DNA of 64,000 nt from Candidatus Parcubacteria bacterium (GTDB taxonomy: Bacteria; Patescibacteriota; Minisyncoccia; Phycocordibacterales; JAACPR01). The notes beneath the pieces were generated by a model. It worked only from the letters and a program-made list of their open reading frames with translations. It was not told the DNA's origin and made no database searches. This document shows, piece by piece, positions 18,942-28,856 of this stretch. The DNA lies in contig JBDLUA010000001.1 of NCBI GenBank assembly GCA_039805545.1, positions 566-64,565 of the forward strand, in the 5' to 3' direction. Every line of letters starts with the position of its first letter. Positions within the stretch are counted from its first letter, which is position 1. A program made the translations under genes and the position numbers.

Positions 18942-19868
18942 CTATATATTCTTCAGTTTATTTTTTAATTCTTTCCAAAAAATTTCTTTTGAAATCTTTT
19001 CATCAGAATTTAAAATATTTTTTATTTCTACATCTATTCGTGCATCTTCAAATTCTTCTTCAAAAGTTTTATTATGTGGAATTAATTTTAAATCATACAG
19101 TTTGTTATCTGAATAACCTGTAAATGTTCGTGCGAATGTCCATGGAATACTTCCTTTATTTACTCTGTTGGCAGAATCAGCTAATACATTTGTACAGTTA
19201 GATGTGATGGTATTATAAAATTCAGCTTGCGTTTCTAATTTTTCTGTCTGATGTGCTAAATCAACAAATAGTCGTTTTGTTGTATCTTTTGAAATCAAAA
19301 GAGGATACATATATAAATCTTCATTGTGATATACCGCTCTTCTCGAAAATAAGTCTGCTCCACTACCCCACACATACCACATTTCATAAGTATTAAATAA
19401 ACCTCGAACAGCAGAATATGGAACCCCTTCTTCTCTTCGTGCTTCTACAGATATCGAAACTGTCTTTTGGTCTTCAAATTCAAAGAGAAAGAATGTGTGT
19501 CCTACTCCTTCCCATTTTCCAAATGGATTAAGTAAAAAATATACAGAAGTAATTTTTTCTGGATCAAAAGATTCAGTATAAAAATCTTTTGAAGTTACAT
19601 TTCCTTGTGTGTATCGCCAGTCTCTTATGTTTTTAATTTCTATCGTTGAAGTTCCAAATGTTACATCAGGCAATATCTGAGCATCATCTGTCCAGGTTTT
19701 GTTGTGTGTTGGTTGTTTTAAAAAAATATGTAAAACAAGAACAATGCAGACAAAAATTAGAATTATTAAAATTCGAAATAAAAGTTTTTTGACCATATGA
19801 ATAGTATAACACCATATATTTGATATTTTTTTGATTCTATTCTCTTCTACAAAATTTGTTTGACACAC
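18942..19868 (-). CDS. hypothetical membrane-anchored protein (possibly DUF4105-like)
   Basis: N-terminal TM helix (LLFRILIILIFVCIVLVL), followed by a W/Y-rich extracytoplasmic domain. Confidence 0.35.
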   Translation of the reverse strand: MCQTNFVEENRIKKISNIWCYTIHMVKKLLFRILIILIFVCIVLVLHIFLKQPTHNKTWTDDAQILPDVTFGTSTIEIKNIRDWRYTQGNVTSKDFYTESFDPEKITSVYFLLNPFGKWEGVGHTFFLFEFEDQKTVSISVEARREEGVPYSAVRGLFNTYEMWYVWGSGADLFSRRAVYHNEDLYMYPLLISKDTTKRLFVDLAHQTEKLETQAEFYNTITSNCTNVLADSANRVNKGSIPWTFARTFTGYSDNKLYDLKLIPHNKTFEEEFEDARIDVEIKNILNSDEKISKEIFWKELKNKLKNI

Positions 19869-19909
19869 CTTTTATTTTTTGAATATTATGAGATCAGAAT
19901 CGTACTCCT

Positions 19910-20428
19910 ATGAAAGAAACTGGAATTTCCGTTTTCATTCAAATCGGATTGCCGTACCTTTTGCTCATTAGTCTGGGTCCAATGTTTTTTCTTCTCCATC
20001 GCAAGATGAATGTGTGTGTTGAACGCTACATTATGAGGGCGATCAAGAAGAGATTTCATGTCCGGATACTAAAGCATCAACATCCGCGCAATCCGCGGTA
20101 TAAGCAATGTCATCGAGCTTTTGGGTTTGGACATGTGTGGTATATGCATGTTCGGCCCGGTCTCTTGGAAGTAAGTCTTCCCCAAACAATTTCGTATGAG
20201 TTTGAGGTCGAAAAGAGATTGAAAGTTCGTTGGCTTCAGGAGTGTGTTATGACTTCACTGCCCAGTGATCGTTATACTCTCAAAGCTTTGCCTCGTCAAA
20301 AGATGGTTGATATAAACTTTGAGGTGTTTGATAGGAAAAAGAAGTCGAGACTTGAAGTTCGAATTATACGCCTCCAAGATGACGTTCATCATCGGAAATA
20401 CCGCCTTGTCACAACTTGGCTTTCGTGA
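19910..20428 (+). CDS. hypothetical protein (compositionally distinct, R/H/K-rich)
   Basis: 172-aa ORF with its own GC hairpin terminator at 20429-20463. Confidence 0.3.
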   Translation: MKETGISVFIQIGLPYLLLISLGPMFFLLHRKMNVCVERYIMRAIKKRFHVRILKHQHPRNPRYKQCHRAFGFGHVWYMHVRPGLLEVSLPQTISYEFEVEKRLKVRWLQECVMTSLPSDRYTLKALPRQKMVDINFEVFDRKKKSRLEVRIIRLQDDVHHRKYRLVTTWLS

Positions 20429-20514
20429 ATCCTCCCCGTCACCACGGGGAGGATGTTCATTTTACTTTTAAGAAAAAAAGAGTAGTCTAAAATAAACTTT
20501 AATCAGATCTTCCT

Positions 20515-20910
20515 ATGAACACCAATTATTTGATAATCGGCCTTGCTTTCTTACTTATCACTGTCCTCATCACTTTGACTGCTTTTCGACGTTTTCGAAT
20601 TAGGACTGCAATAACTTTGCTCCGCCGATTCGAAAAATTTGAATCGCCAGAGTTCTACAACTTTGACTTCTCTCCGGAGGCTCAACATATTCTGTTTTGC
20701 ACTCATTTGTCTTTGGACAGGATGATGAAGTGGCTTCAAAAAAAGATGGAAACACAGTTTTTCTATGAGTATGTGGACCAAGGTTGCGATTCACAAAATC
20801 TCACTGGTCGATTTTCGGTCATCATTGGTGGTCGAACAATTCCCTTTGAACTGGTGATGTCTCATAAACCAGAGAACACAGAATTTATTTGTGTACTCAG
20901 GCCTCGGTAG
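20515..20910 (+). CDS. hypothetical protein with an N-terminal TM helix
   Basis: 131-aa ORF starting MNT..., with one TM helix and its own hairpin terminator at 20926-20953. Confidence 0.3.
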   Translation: MNTNYLIIGLAFLLITVLITLTAFRRFRIRTAITLLRRFEKFESPEFYNFDFSPEAQHILFCTHLSLDRMMKWLQKKMETQFFYEYVDQGCDSQNLTGRFSVIIGGRTIPFELVMSHKPENTEFICVLRPR

Positions 20911-21002
20911 CTTCTTTTCGAAGTACCCCCTCTCGCGAGGGGGTTTACTTTTTATAAAAAAGTTGTAATGTTTTATAGAACACAAATTGCACCCCCACAC
21001 CC

Positions 21003-21470
21003 ATGAACACCGAAAATCCCACGAACATTTTTACGCGTATCCTCATCCTGATATTCCTTGGTTTTACTGGAATTTCTCGTTGGAGGCATTCTATTCAGGA
21101 GCGAGACAGAAAAAGACAATTACAACAATGTGCCCAGTCTGAGCTCTTTTCCAAAATTGAGCGAGGTTTTCGAAGATTGTCCTATGATCTCCCATATTAC
21201 TTCACCACTCATTTTCCTGTCGCAGAAATCACATTCAAAACAAGAATGGAACCAGTAGTCATACATCAAGCACTTCTTGCTGTGTTGTCTGGCAACGAGC
21301 TTCTCATCCGTGAAAAGGTCGAGGAATTCAAGCAATTTTACAATAGAAGCAAGTTTGTTTTGCCAGCCAAATTCAAAGGTTTTTCTTTCTGTGTAGAAGT
21401 GCTCCATCACGACTTACAAGAAGGAGGTAAAACTCTGCATTGCTTCATTGTCAAAGTCGAAGCTCAATAA
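21003..21470 (+). CDS. hypothetical protein with an N-terminal TM helix
   Basis: 155-aa ORF starting MNT..., with a TM helix (ILILIFLGFTGI) and a hairpin terminator at 21477-21515. Confidence 0.3.
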   Translation: MNTENPTNIFTRILILIFLGFTGISRWRHSIQERDRKRQLQQCAQSELFSKIERGFRRLSYDLPYYFTTHFPVAEITFKTRMEPVVIHQALLAVLSGNELLIREKVEEFKQFYNRSKFVLPAKFKGFSFCVEVLHHDLQEGGKTLHCFIVKVEAQ

Positions 21471-21493
21471 TTTCGTGGAAGCCTCCCATCCTC

Positions 21494-22480
21494 CTAGGGT
21501 ACGGGAGGCTTTTCCGTACATGTACCTTTGTGTCTTGTGCTTTTAAAATACATTTCAGTTGTTGTGGAAATTTTTTTATTTTCAAATATAACAGTTACAC
21601 CCATACCGTTTTGAACATCTTCTTGAAAGTACTGATCAAAAATAAAGTTACCTAATGAATAATAGATTGGAACACCCTTGTATACTTCATGTTCTTGAAT
21701 TACATGGGGATGTGCGCCGATTACAAGGTCTGCCCCATTTGAAACAAAACTTTTGCCGAGTTCTTTGATATCTGCTCGAGTTGGTACATACTCATCTCCC
21801 CAATGAGCAAAAATAATTTGTACATCAGAAATAGATTGAGTGTTTTTTAAATCTTCAAATGTTTGTTCTTTTGTTCCAAAAAATTGATTGTACGGAATAA
21901 ATGCAAAAGTTGTGTCTCCTATCTTTTGTATTAAAAATCTTTGAGAAATATTTTTTCGTGGATCTCCAAATATACCTAGGTTTATTGTGCTTGCATTCTC
22001 AACTGTTTGTCTTATTCCTTCATCTCCAAAATCTCTAATGTGATTATTTGCAAGAGATACAGTAGAAAGCCCTAAATCTTTTAATGCTCGAACTGCTTCA
22101 ATATCAAATGTAAAACGAAAACTTTCGGGAGCTTGGTAAGAAGCATCTCTACTTACTGAATTAAAGTTTGTTATCGTTCCTTCAAGATTTCCTATTACTG
22201 CGTCATGTTTTGAGAATTCTTCTTTTAAACAGGAAAATAGATTTGCATATCCATATTGCTCCCCATCTTTTCGAATTGTCCTATCAAGCATAATATCTCC
22301 TACGAATAAGAGAGATACAGGTTTTGATTTTAGTTTAATTTTTTCTTCAAGTGTCTGAACCATGTTTTGTTTTTGGGGCTGACTTTTTGAATATAAAAAA
22401 GTTTCAAAACTAACATATAAAATAAGAAGAATGAAAAAAACTACAAGAAATATGAGAATAAGTTCCTTTTTCGGTTTCAT
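21494..22480 (-). CDS. capA: CapA / PGA_cap family metallophosphoesterase-like protein
   Basis: N-terminal TM, LLFVGDIMLDR..., ANNHIRDFGDEG and GAHPHVIQ, which are typical of CapA (YwtB). Confidence 0.8.
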   Translation of the reverse strand: MKPKKELILIFLVVFFILLILYVSFETFLYSKSQPQKQNMVQTLEEKIKLKSKPVSLLFVGDIMLDRTIRKDGEQYGYANLFSCLKEEFSKHDAVIGNLEGTITNFNSVSRDASYQAPESFRFTFDIEAVRALKDLGLSTVSLANNHIRDFGDEGIRQTVENASTINLGIFGDPRKNISQRFLIQKIGDTTFAFIPYNQFFGTKEQTFEDLKNTQSISDVQIIFAHWGDEYVPTRADIKELGKSFVSNGADLVIGAHPHVIQEHEVYKGVPIYYSLGNFIFDQYFQEDVQNGMGVTVIFENKKISTTTEMYFKSTRHKGTCTEKPPVP

Positions 22481-22498
22481 ATAAATAGTATATCTCTC

Positions 22499-23596
22499 CT
22501 ATGCTTTTATACTAGTCGACATATCAAGAATTATTCCGACAATACAAAGATTAATCATAAGTGCTGTACCTCCTTGGCTAATGAACACAAGAGGCATACC
22601 TACAACTGGAAGTATTCCAAGCATAGATGCCATATTGATAAAACTTTGAGTAATGATAAGGGTTACAGATCCAACGATAAAATATTTTGCAAAATTATCT
22701 TTTGATACTGCTGCTAGTTTATACCCTCGAAGTGCCCAAGCGGTATACAAAAGGATTAGAACTACTGCACCAACAAAACCCATTTCTTCCGAATATACTG
22801 CAAAGATAGAATCCCCCGCTGGTTCTGGAAGATATTTAAATTTTTGAACACTTTGTCCATATCCTTTTCCAAAAAAACCTCCTGAACCTACTGCGATAAG
22901 TGCTTGCTGTACTTGAAAATTTGCTCCTCGGGAATCGTGATTGATATTTATAAAAGATAATGCACGAGTTCGCACATGATCGATAGATAAGCCGACCGTT
23001 CCAAGCAGAAGCACTCCTATCGTTCCAAAAATTATGATTTCTTTGAGGGGTGCCTTAGATGTACATAAAATTGCAATGAGTGGAATTGCCAAGATAATAA
23101 TTCCATCAAAGTCTGGTTGAAGTATGAGTGGTACTGCAGCGATTACAATAATCACCGCGAGAGAAAAAATTCCAAACCGAGTCTTCTCATTTCTTTTTTG
23201 AAACTTTGCTATCCATGCTGAAAAAAAGATAATACTTGAAATTTTAACAAGTTCTATTGGTTGAAATGAAACACCAAATATATCAATCCATCGCTTCGCT
23301 CCATTGTATCCATACCCAAGACCAGGAATAAAAACTAAAAAGAGAGAGATTATTGAAAACACAAAAATCCAAGGAGCTATTCTTTTGAGGAATTTATATT
23401 TGATAGAAAAAACTATGAATGCAAGAAGTGAACCAGCACAAAGTCCTATGATAAGTTGATTAAAAATAAGCCCTGAATATTCTAAATTTTGTCTGGAAGC
23501 AAATCCAAGTGCTGCAGAATAAAAAATAAAAATCCCTGAGATGATAAGAGCAAGTGACAATATAAAGAACGGTTTATCTATTTTTTTATCTACCAT
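22499..23596 (-). CDS. ftsW: SEDS family peptidoglycan polymerase (FtsW/RodA)
   Basis: Ten-TM topology with conserved FtsW/RodA segments (PIELVKISSIIFFSAWIA; SIFAVYSEEMGFVGA). Confidence 0.85.
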   Translation of the reverse strand: MVDKKIDKPFFILSLALIISGIFIFYSAALGFASRQNLEYSGLIFNQLIIGLCAGSLLAFIVFSIKYKFLKRIAPWIFVFSIISLFLVFIPGLGYGYNGAKRWIDIFGVSFQPIELVKISSIIFFSAWIAKFQKRNEKTRFGIFSLAVIIVIAAVPLILQPDFDGIIILAIPLIAILCTSKAPLKEIIIFGTIGVLLLGTVGLSIDHVRTRALSFININHDSRGANFQVQQALIAVGSGGFFGKGYGQSVQKFKYLPEPAGDSIFAVYSEEMGFVGAVVLILLYTAWALRGYKLAAVSKDNFAKYFIVGSVTLIITQSFINMASMLGILPVVGMPLVFISQGGTALMINLCIVGIILDMSTSIKA

Positions 23597-23602
23597 TTGT
23601 TA

Positions 23603-24679
23603 TTAGCGAATTATTATACTTAGTATAACTCCAAGTGTTGCGCAAATCACTCCAAATATCCAGTATCGCATTGTAACTTTATATGAGGGCCATCCAAGTG
23701 CTTCAAAGTGATGATGAATTGGTGTTGAATGAAAAATCTTTTTTCCGTTTCTGAGTTTTTTTGATGCTAATTGAATCATAACGGAGAGAACTGTAAGTAC
23801 GAGAGGTAGTGCGATAATTGGAAGAACAAGAAGTCCTGCTCCATCACCAAGTTTGTCTGTCATAAGTGCAATCGTTGTAAGCGTAATGGTGAGTGCCATT
23901 GAACCTGTCTCAGACATATAAAATCGTGCGGGAGGAATATTAAACCAAAGAAATGCAAGAGTTGATCCAACAATCAATGCACAAAAGGCCGCGATATCAA
24001 TTTGATGATTCGAAAATGCAATGATTGCGTATGCTCCGAACGCAACTGTAAAGACACCTCCTGCAAGTCCGTCTACCCCATCAATTACACCTCCTGAATA
24101 CATAAAGAGCATAAGAAGCATAAAGAACGGAATGAAGAAGATTCCTAGGTCAAAATAGCCCAAAAAAGGCACAAAAATGGCTGAGATTTCGAGTTTTGTG
24201 TAAAACCAGAATCCTATAGCAATTGCAACCAAACCCACAAATAGAAGCCGTTTCTTGGCTGAAAGACCTCCGGCCTTCTGGTCTGCTGCACCTTTGATTT
24301 CCATAAGGTCATCCACGAGTCCTACGAGTGCTCCGAGGATAAGTGTAGAGAAAGGAATCCAAGTTTGATTTCGGTTGATAAATTCAAGAGTAGTAAAAGC
24401 ATCAATATGAACTATTTTTGCCAAAAACCAAACAACAAAAGCAGTTATAAGCGCAGAGAGCCAAATAATTGCACCTCCCATCCGTGGTGTGTTTACTTCT
24501 TTGTCTTTGTGAAGTGACATGAAGACGGTCGCTTCGCGACCGTCGACTGTGACAGACTTCACTTTCTTCTTCCACATTTTATTTTTATATAAATAGTCTG
24601 TAACTGTTGGAGTAATACCAATTCCTACTAAGAATCCCAATACAGCTGGGAGCAAAACTTTTACTACATCTAAAATCAT
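23603..24679 (-). CDS. mraY: phospho-N-acetylmuramoyl-pentapeptide transferase
   Basis: NTPRMGGAIIW, VDGLAGG and HHHFEALGW motifs. Confidence 0.9.
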   Translation of the reverse strand: MILDVVKVLLPAVLGFLVGIGITPTVTDYLYKNKMWKKKVKSVTVDGREATVFMSLHKDKEVNTPRMGGAIIWLSALITAFVVWFLAKIVHIDAFTTLEFINRNQTWIPFSTLILGALVGLVDDLMEIKGAADQKAGGLSAKKRLLFVGLVAIAIGFWFYTKLEISAIFVPFLGYFDLGIFFIPFFMLLMLFMYSGGVIDGVDGLAGGVFTVAFGAYAIIAFSNHQIDIAAFCALIVGSTLAFLWFNIPPARFYMSETGSMALTITLTTIALMTDKLGDGAGLLVLPIIALPLVLTVLSVMIQLASKKLRNGKKIFHSTPIHHHFEALGWPSYKVTMRYWIFGVICATLGVILSIIIR

Positions 24680-24760
24680 ATGCGCTAAGTATAAGATATT
24701 TGAAGAGGTTGGGCTAGATAGTTATTCTTCCCTTAATAGCATCGCGCACTTTGCAAAGTT

Positions 24761-25708
24761 CTATCTCATCCTCTCCCTCACTTGTTTAAAGTATGCTTCT
24801 TGCAATTTGAGCACATCTTCAAATCGAGAATCTTTTGTTGGTGATTTGAGAACAACAAACGCAGTTGGTTCATTGAGTCCCATATCAGCTACAACAGCAA
24901 GGTTTCCTCCTGCAAGATCTGTGTATCCTGTTTTTGATACAAGAAGACCAGGAATCTTATCTGCGATTTCATTTGTGTTTGTCGCAGCTTGCACACCTTC
25001 TGGAGTATCTATGTTGATATTCTTATGTTGAGTTTTTTCATATAAAGGAAGATCTGTTTTTATTACGTATGAAAGTATTTTCGAAACATCAGCCGCAGTT
25101 CCCTTTGATGCAATTACACCTCTTGAATCATCATCTAGACCTGTTTCATTATAAAATCGTGTATTAACAAGACCGATTGATGCAACAAGTGAATTCATGT
25201 TTTGAATAAAATTTTCAGGAGATTTTGTATTTTGAGCAAGCGAGTGTGCTCCATCATTAGAAGAAGTTACAAGGGTATATTGAATCAATTCTTTTTTGTT
25301 CCAAGAATCATTCTCAACAAGTCGAGCATCTCCGTATTCGGCAAAGTCTGTCATTTTATCAACTGACACATTGTTTGAATTAATTTGATCGTCAGCAACT
25401 TTTGCTGTTACTAGTTTTGTGAGAGATGCGAGAGGTAGTTGCTTATCTGGATTTTTTTCATATATAACAGAATTTGTATTAAGTGAGACAACAATTGCAG
25501 AATATGCTTCTGTTTGAATTTTATTATTTAAATTTATAGAAATTTGCTCTATTGGTTCGGGTTGTGCGAGTTCTTGTACTTTTTTCTTAGAGTCTTCGAG
25601 ATATAAAAAATAGATTGCAACAAATAGAGGCAAAAACAAAACAAGCGTTGTGAGATACAACACTCGGATTTGTTTTGCTTTTGCTTTTACGAGATCATTG
25701 ATTTGCAT
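24761..25708 (-). CDS. dacA: D-alanyl-D-alanine carboxypeptidase (S11, PBP5-like)
   Basis: SxxK (ASLTK), SxN (TSSND) and KTG (KTGYT) motifs. Confidence 0.8.
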   Translation of the reverse strand: MQINDLVKAKAKQIRVLYLTTLVLFLPLFVAIYFLYLEDSKKKVQELAQPEPIEQISINLNNKIQTEAYSAIVVSLNTNSVIYEKNPDKQLPLASLTKLVTAKVADDQINSNNVSVDKMTDFAEYGDARLVENDSWNKKELIQYTLVTSSNDGAHSLAQNTKSPENFIQNMNSLVASIGLVNTRFYNETGLDDDSRGVIASKGTAADVSKILSYVIKTDLPLYEKTQHKNINIDTPEGVQAATNTNEIADKIPGLLVSKTGYTDLAGGNLAVVADMGLNEPTAFVVLKSPTKDSRFEDVLKLQEAYFKQVRERMR

Positions 25709-26243
25709 TGTTTGAGTTTTCTTTAATAAATTGTGCTAATTCGTGTTTAATTTCCTTAAAATTAGGCAATTCGTCTAACTTATTTAAACCTAAAAACTTG
25801 ATTGTGTCTAGTGTGACATTGTACATAGGAGTTTTTGAGTTTTGGTCTCGTTCTACAAGACCCCGGACAAGTAGACTTCGTAGTGTAAACTGTGAGTTCA
25901 CTCCTCTAATAAAATCAATCATACTTCGAGCGATTGGACCCATATACAAGATAATGCTGAGAGTCTCGAGAGAAGCATTACTCAATTCTGTTTCGAGTTC
26001 TTGCTTTTGAAGTTTGCTAATAACTTCTGCAGTCTCTGTTGTTGTTACGAGTTCTGCTTCAATATCATTAAAAGTAATTGTAATTCCCTTCCCTACATAT
26101 TCTTGTGCGAGTTCTGCGACAAACTTTTTTGCCTCGTCCTTATCTATTTCAAGTATTGATGAAATTTCTTTATAAGAAACAGGCTGCCCTTTAAATAAAA
26201 GAATTGATTCGATATATTTTTTTGTATCTGTATTATGCTCCAT
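25695..26243 (-). CDS. scpB: segregation and condensation protein B
   Basis: Winged-helix ScpB pattern (LETLSIILYMGPIARSMIDFIRGVNSQFTLRSLLVRGLVER). Confidence 0.85.
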   Translation of the reverse strand: MEHNTDTKKYIESILLFKGQPVSYKEISSILEIDKDEAKKFVAELAQEYVGKGITITFNDIEAELVTTTETAEVISKLQKQELETELSNASLETLSIILYMGPIARSMIDFIRGVNSQFTLRSLLVRGLVERDQNSKTPMYNVTLDTIKFLGLNKLDELPNFKEIKHELAQFIKENSNNANQ

Positions 26244-26991
26244 AACTTGGTATGCTTGGTTCTTTTGTTTCTACAAGGATATCTTCAAAAGTAGAATGTT
26301 GATTTGCATCTACATTTCCTAACTTTACAAGTTCTAGTATAGCAAGAAAACTGATAATCACATTCTTTTTTTCCTTATGCTCTTTGCTTAATGTTTTAAA
26401 TGAGATGGTCATGTTTTGCCGTACACGATTAATTACTTTGTTCATCATTTCTTCAAGAGAAATAGTTTTTGTAACCCGTTTCTCTGGTTTCTTTTCTGTC
26501 TTTGGTAAATGATGAAGAACTTGATCAATAAACCATTTCATTTTTAATACGTCAATTTGCTGTGTAGGAGAAAAAGTAATGATTTGCTTCTTTATGTGTA
26601 ATCTTGAAAATTGAGGTTTTTTTCCAAATAAATCTTTTACATCTTTTGATGCTCTTCGAATAATTTGCAAAAGCTTAAGCCTGAGTTCAAGATCTTCTAT
26701 CTCTGTTGTTTCTTCTGGGTTTAAATCAAGTTGTGGAAGAAGACTTTTTGATTTGATAAGAATAAGTGTTGAAGCAATTGAGAGAAAGTCTGTAATTTTG
26801 TATAAATCTTTTTGTTCTAAAATAGAAACAAACTCAAGAAAGTCATTTGTTACCTGAGATAAACTAATTTCATTAATAAGAAGTTTTCGTTTTTCAATTA
26901 AATCAAGAAGCAACGAGAGTGGTCCTTCAAATACTTTTGTTGAAACTGAAAAATCAGTAGACATATATTTATAATTTTGTTCCAATAGCAA
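26233..26991 (-). CDS. scpA: segregation and condensation protein A
   Basis: FEGPLSLLLDLIEKRKLLINEISLSQVTNDF matches the ScpA N-terminus. It overlaps scpB. Confidence 0.85.
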   Translation of the reverse strand: MLLEQNYKYMSTDFSVSTKVFEGPLSLLLDLIEKRKLLINEISLSQVTNDFLEFVSILEQKDLYKITDFLSIASTLILIKSKSLLPQLDLNPEETTEIEDLELRLKLLQIIRRASKDVKDLFGKKPQFSRLHIKKQIITFSPTQQIDVLKMKWFIDQVLHHLPKTEKKPEKRVTKTISLEEMMNKVINRVRQNMTISFKTLSKEHKEKKNVIISFLAILELVKLGNVDANQHSTFEDILVETKEPSIPSYGA

Positions 26992-27940
26992 TTCGAACTT
27001 GATCCATTGTCTTTTCTACTTCCTTTCTAATCTTCTTTTTTCCTGCTTCGAGAACTTTTTTAACCTCTTTATCACTAATTGAATTAAATTTTTCTCGAAT
27101 TGGTGCAATGAATTTTTCTATTGATTCGATACACATGTCTTTTGCCTCCTTATATCCCATTCCCCCATCAAGATACTTTGCTCGTACAGTTTCTTTTTCT
27201 TCATCAGAAAGAAAAAGTGAGTGAATTTTATAGATATTATTTGTATCAGGGTTTTTTGAATCTGCGAGCGCAGCAGAATCTGTAGGAATACTCATTACTG
27301 CTTTTTTAATTTCTTCATATGTTGCAAATAGTGGGATTACATTGTTGTAACTCTTACTCATTTTTTGCCCATCAGTTCCAGGAACAGCTTCCATATCTTC
27401 GATGATATATTCTTGTGGTTCTATAAAAATCTCACCAAATGTATTATTAAACTTTCGCGCAATTTCTCGCGCAATTTCTACATGTTGTTTTTGATCTTTT
27501 CCAACGGGTACTAGATTAATTTTGTTAAGAAGAATATCTGCGGCCATAAGTACAGGATAATCAAAGAGACCAACATTTACTTCTTTGTTCTTTGCTTCTG
27601 CATCCTTGAATGCATGTGCTCTCATAAGATATGGAACCGTAGTGAGACAATTGAATGTCCATGTGAGTTCGGTAACTTCAGGTATGTCAGATTGTTTAAA
27701 GATAGTTGCCTTTTTTGGATTGAGGCCGACTGCAAGATATGTTTTTACAATATTAATAATGTTTTTTTGTAATGCTTCTTTGTTTTGAACTGTGGTAAGT
27801 GCGTGCAAGTCTGCAATAAAAAAATAATTTTCAAAATCAGAATTATTTTGAAAATCGACGAATTGTTTGATTGCTCCAAAATAGTTTCCAATATGTACAT
27901 CCCCTGTTGGTTTAACACCTGATATTACTCGTTTTGACAT
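26969..27940 (-). CDS. trpS: tryptophanyl-tRNA synthetase
   Basis: GVKPTGDVHIGNYFGAI (HIGH) and KMSKS motifs. Confidence 0.9.
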   Translation of the reverse strand: MSKRVISGVKPTGDVHIGNYFGAIKQFVDFQNNSDFENYFFIADLHALTTVQNKEALQKNIINIVKTYLAVGLNPKKATIFKQSDIPEVTELTWTFNCLTTVPYLMRAHAFKDAEAKNKEVNVGLFDYPVLMAADILLNKINLVPVGKDQKQHVEIAREIARKFNNTFGEIFIEPQEYIIEDMEAVPGTDGQKMSKSYNNVIPLFATYEEIKKAVMSIPTDSAALADSKNPDTNNIYKIHSLFLSDEEKETVRAKYLDGGMGYKEAKDMCIESIEKFIAPIREKFNSISDKEVKKVLEAGKKKIRKEVEKTMDQVRIAIGTKL

Positions 27941-27967
27941 GTGGTTAGTATAGCAAAACCTCTCTCA

Positions 27968-28090
27968 CACGTCATCCTCGCGGAGGTGAGGATCAAGGTA
28001 CGAAATAAGATATGTAAAGAAATGGTTTAGATTGCTTTTTACTATTTCTTACAGTGATCCTGGATCCCTGCCTACGCAGGGATGACATGC
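27968..28090. mobile_element. composite double-hairpin palindromic repeat (~125 bp) in the trpS 5' region
   Basis: GTCATCCTCGCGGAGGTGAGGATC at 27971-27994, then an AT-rich spacer, then GGATCCCTGCCTACGCAGGGATGAC at 28062-28086. It is the reverse complement of the copy at 32871-32994. Confidence 0.75.
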
Positions 28091-28119
28091 TGTATTGTCA
28101 CATTCTAGGCATGACTCAT

Positions 28120-28152
28120 ATTAAAAACTACCCACCCTCTTGTGAGGGTGGG
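28120..28152 (-). terminator. intrinsic terminator (minus strand) at the end of a GC-rich segment upstream of trpS
   Basis: CCCACCCTC-TTGTG-AGGGTGGG followed on the minus strand by TAGTTTTTAAT. Confidence 0.55.
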
Positions 28153-28167
28153 TTGTTTCTGGACAAA

Positions 28168-28317
28168 TCAATGTCGGGTCTTACCGCGCTTTCCGCGACG
28201 TCCTCCTTTGTGGAAGAAACGTGGTTTGTGGGTGCGAGTAAAACGCAAGTTTTCGGTAAGTGCGAGTGCCAGAAGAATTTCATGGCTCCAACGGTAGGTG
28301 CGAGGTGCTTCTTTCAT
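28168..28317 (-). CDS. candidate 49-aa highly basic small ORF inside the GC-rich segment (speculative)
   Basis: MKEAPRTYRWSHEILLALALTENLRFTRTHKPRFFHKGGRRGKRGKTRH. AGGA lies 13 nt upstream. It could equally be a non-coding structured RNA. Confidence 0.2.
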   Translation of the reverse strand: MKEAPRTYRWSHEILLALALTENLRFTRTHKPRFFHKGGRRGKRGKTRH

Positions 28318-28355
28318 ACCATTTTTAATCCTAACTCTCCCAAAAAATTTTGCAA

Positions 28356-28856
28356 CTAGTCTGAATGTGAATTTGATGCATAGATAAGTGCAAGTGGAAT
28401 AAGAATAAGAACATAGTATGGAATCTTATCTAGAATAAAAGCACTGAATGGAAAATTGATATTAATAATTTTATCTAATGGAAGAATTTTGTAATACGCG
28501 ATAAAGAGTGAAAAGATTGCAGAAAATGCAAGCATAATCGAATCTAGTATGTGTCGTCCTCCATATCCTCCTCCAAATGCAGTAATTGACCGTTTCATCA
28601 AGAATATAAGTATTGCATATACTACAAGAAATAATAAAACTTTTGCAGACGCCTCTGTTGCCTTAAAAGGAAGTGTTGAATATACAAATGTTGCAACATA
28701 AAAAGGAATAACGAATCGTGCAACACTTTTTTTACTCTTCTTGTATGCTACAAAAAAAGTAAAGATAAAAATTGCTAATAAAATAATGACATCTAATGTC
28801 AAAAAACCAAATTGAATCATGGGTATATTATACTCCGAGATCTTGCAACTCTTCAA
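28356..28856 (-). CDS. hypothetical multi-pass membrane protein
   Basis: 166-aa ORF with 4-5 predicted TM helices. Confidence 0.4.
   Translation of the reverse strand: MKSCKISEYNIPMIQFGFLTLDVIILLAIFIFTFFVAYKKSKKSVARFVIPFYVATFVYSTLPFKATEASAKVLLFLVVYAILIFLMKRSITAFGGGYGGRHILDSIMLAFSAIFSLFIAYYKILPLDKIININFPFSAFILDKIPYYVLILIPLALIYASNSHSD

Noticed and set aside
27941-28355. T-box riboswitch upstream of trpS (and similarly upstream of leuS at 50285-50550)
   Set aside because: A terminator lies at the right distance. However, no AGGGUGGNACCGCG T-box sequence upstream of the terminator and no recognisable specifier-loop or GA-motif arrangement were found. The G-rich 3' terminator strands only superficially resemble the T-box consensus.
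28054-28359. 101-aa plus-strand ORF
   Set aside because: It begins inside the palindromic repeat (MILDPCLRRDDM is the repeat read in another frame) and runs antisense to the GC-rich segment. It is most likely spurious.
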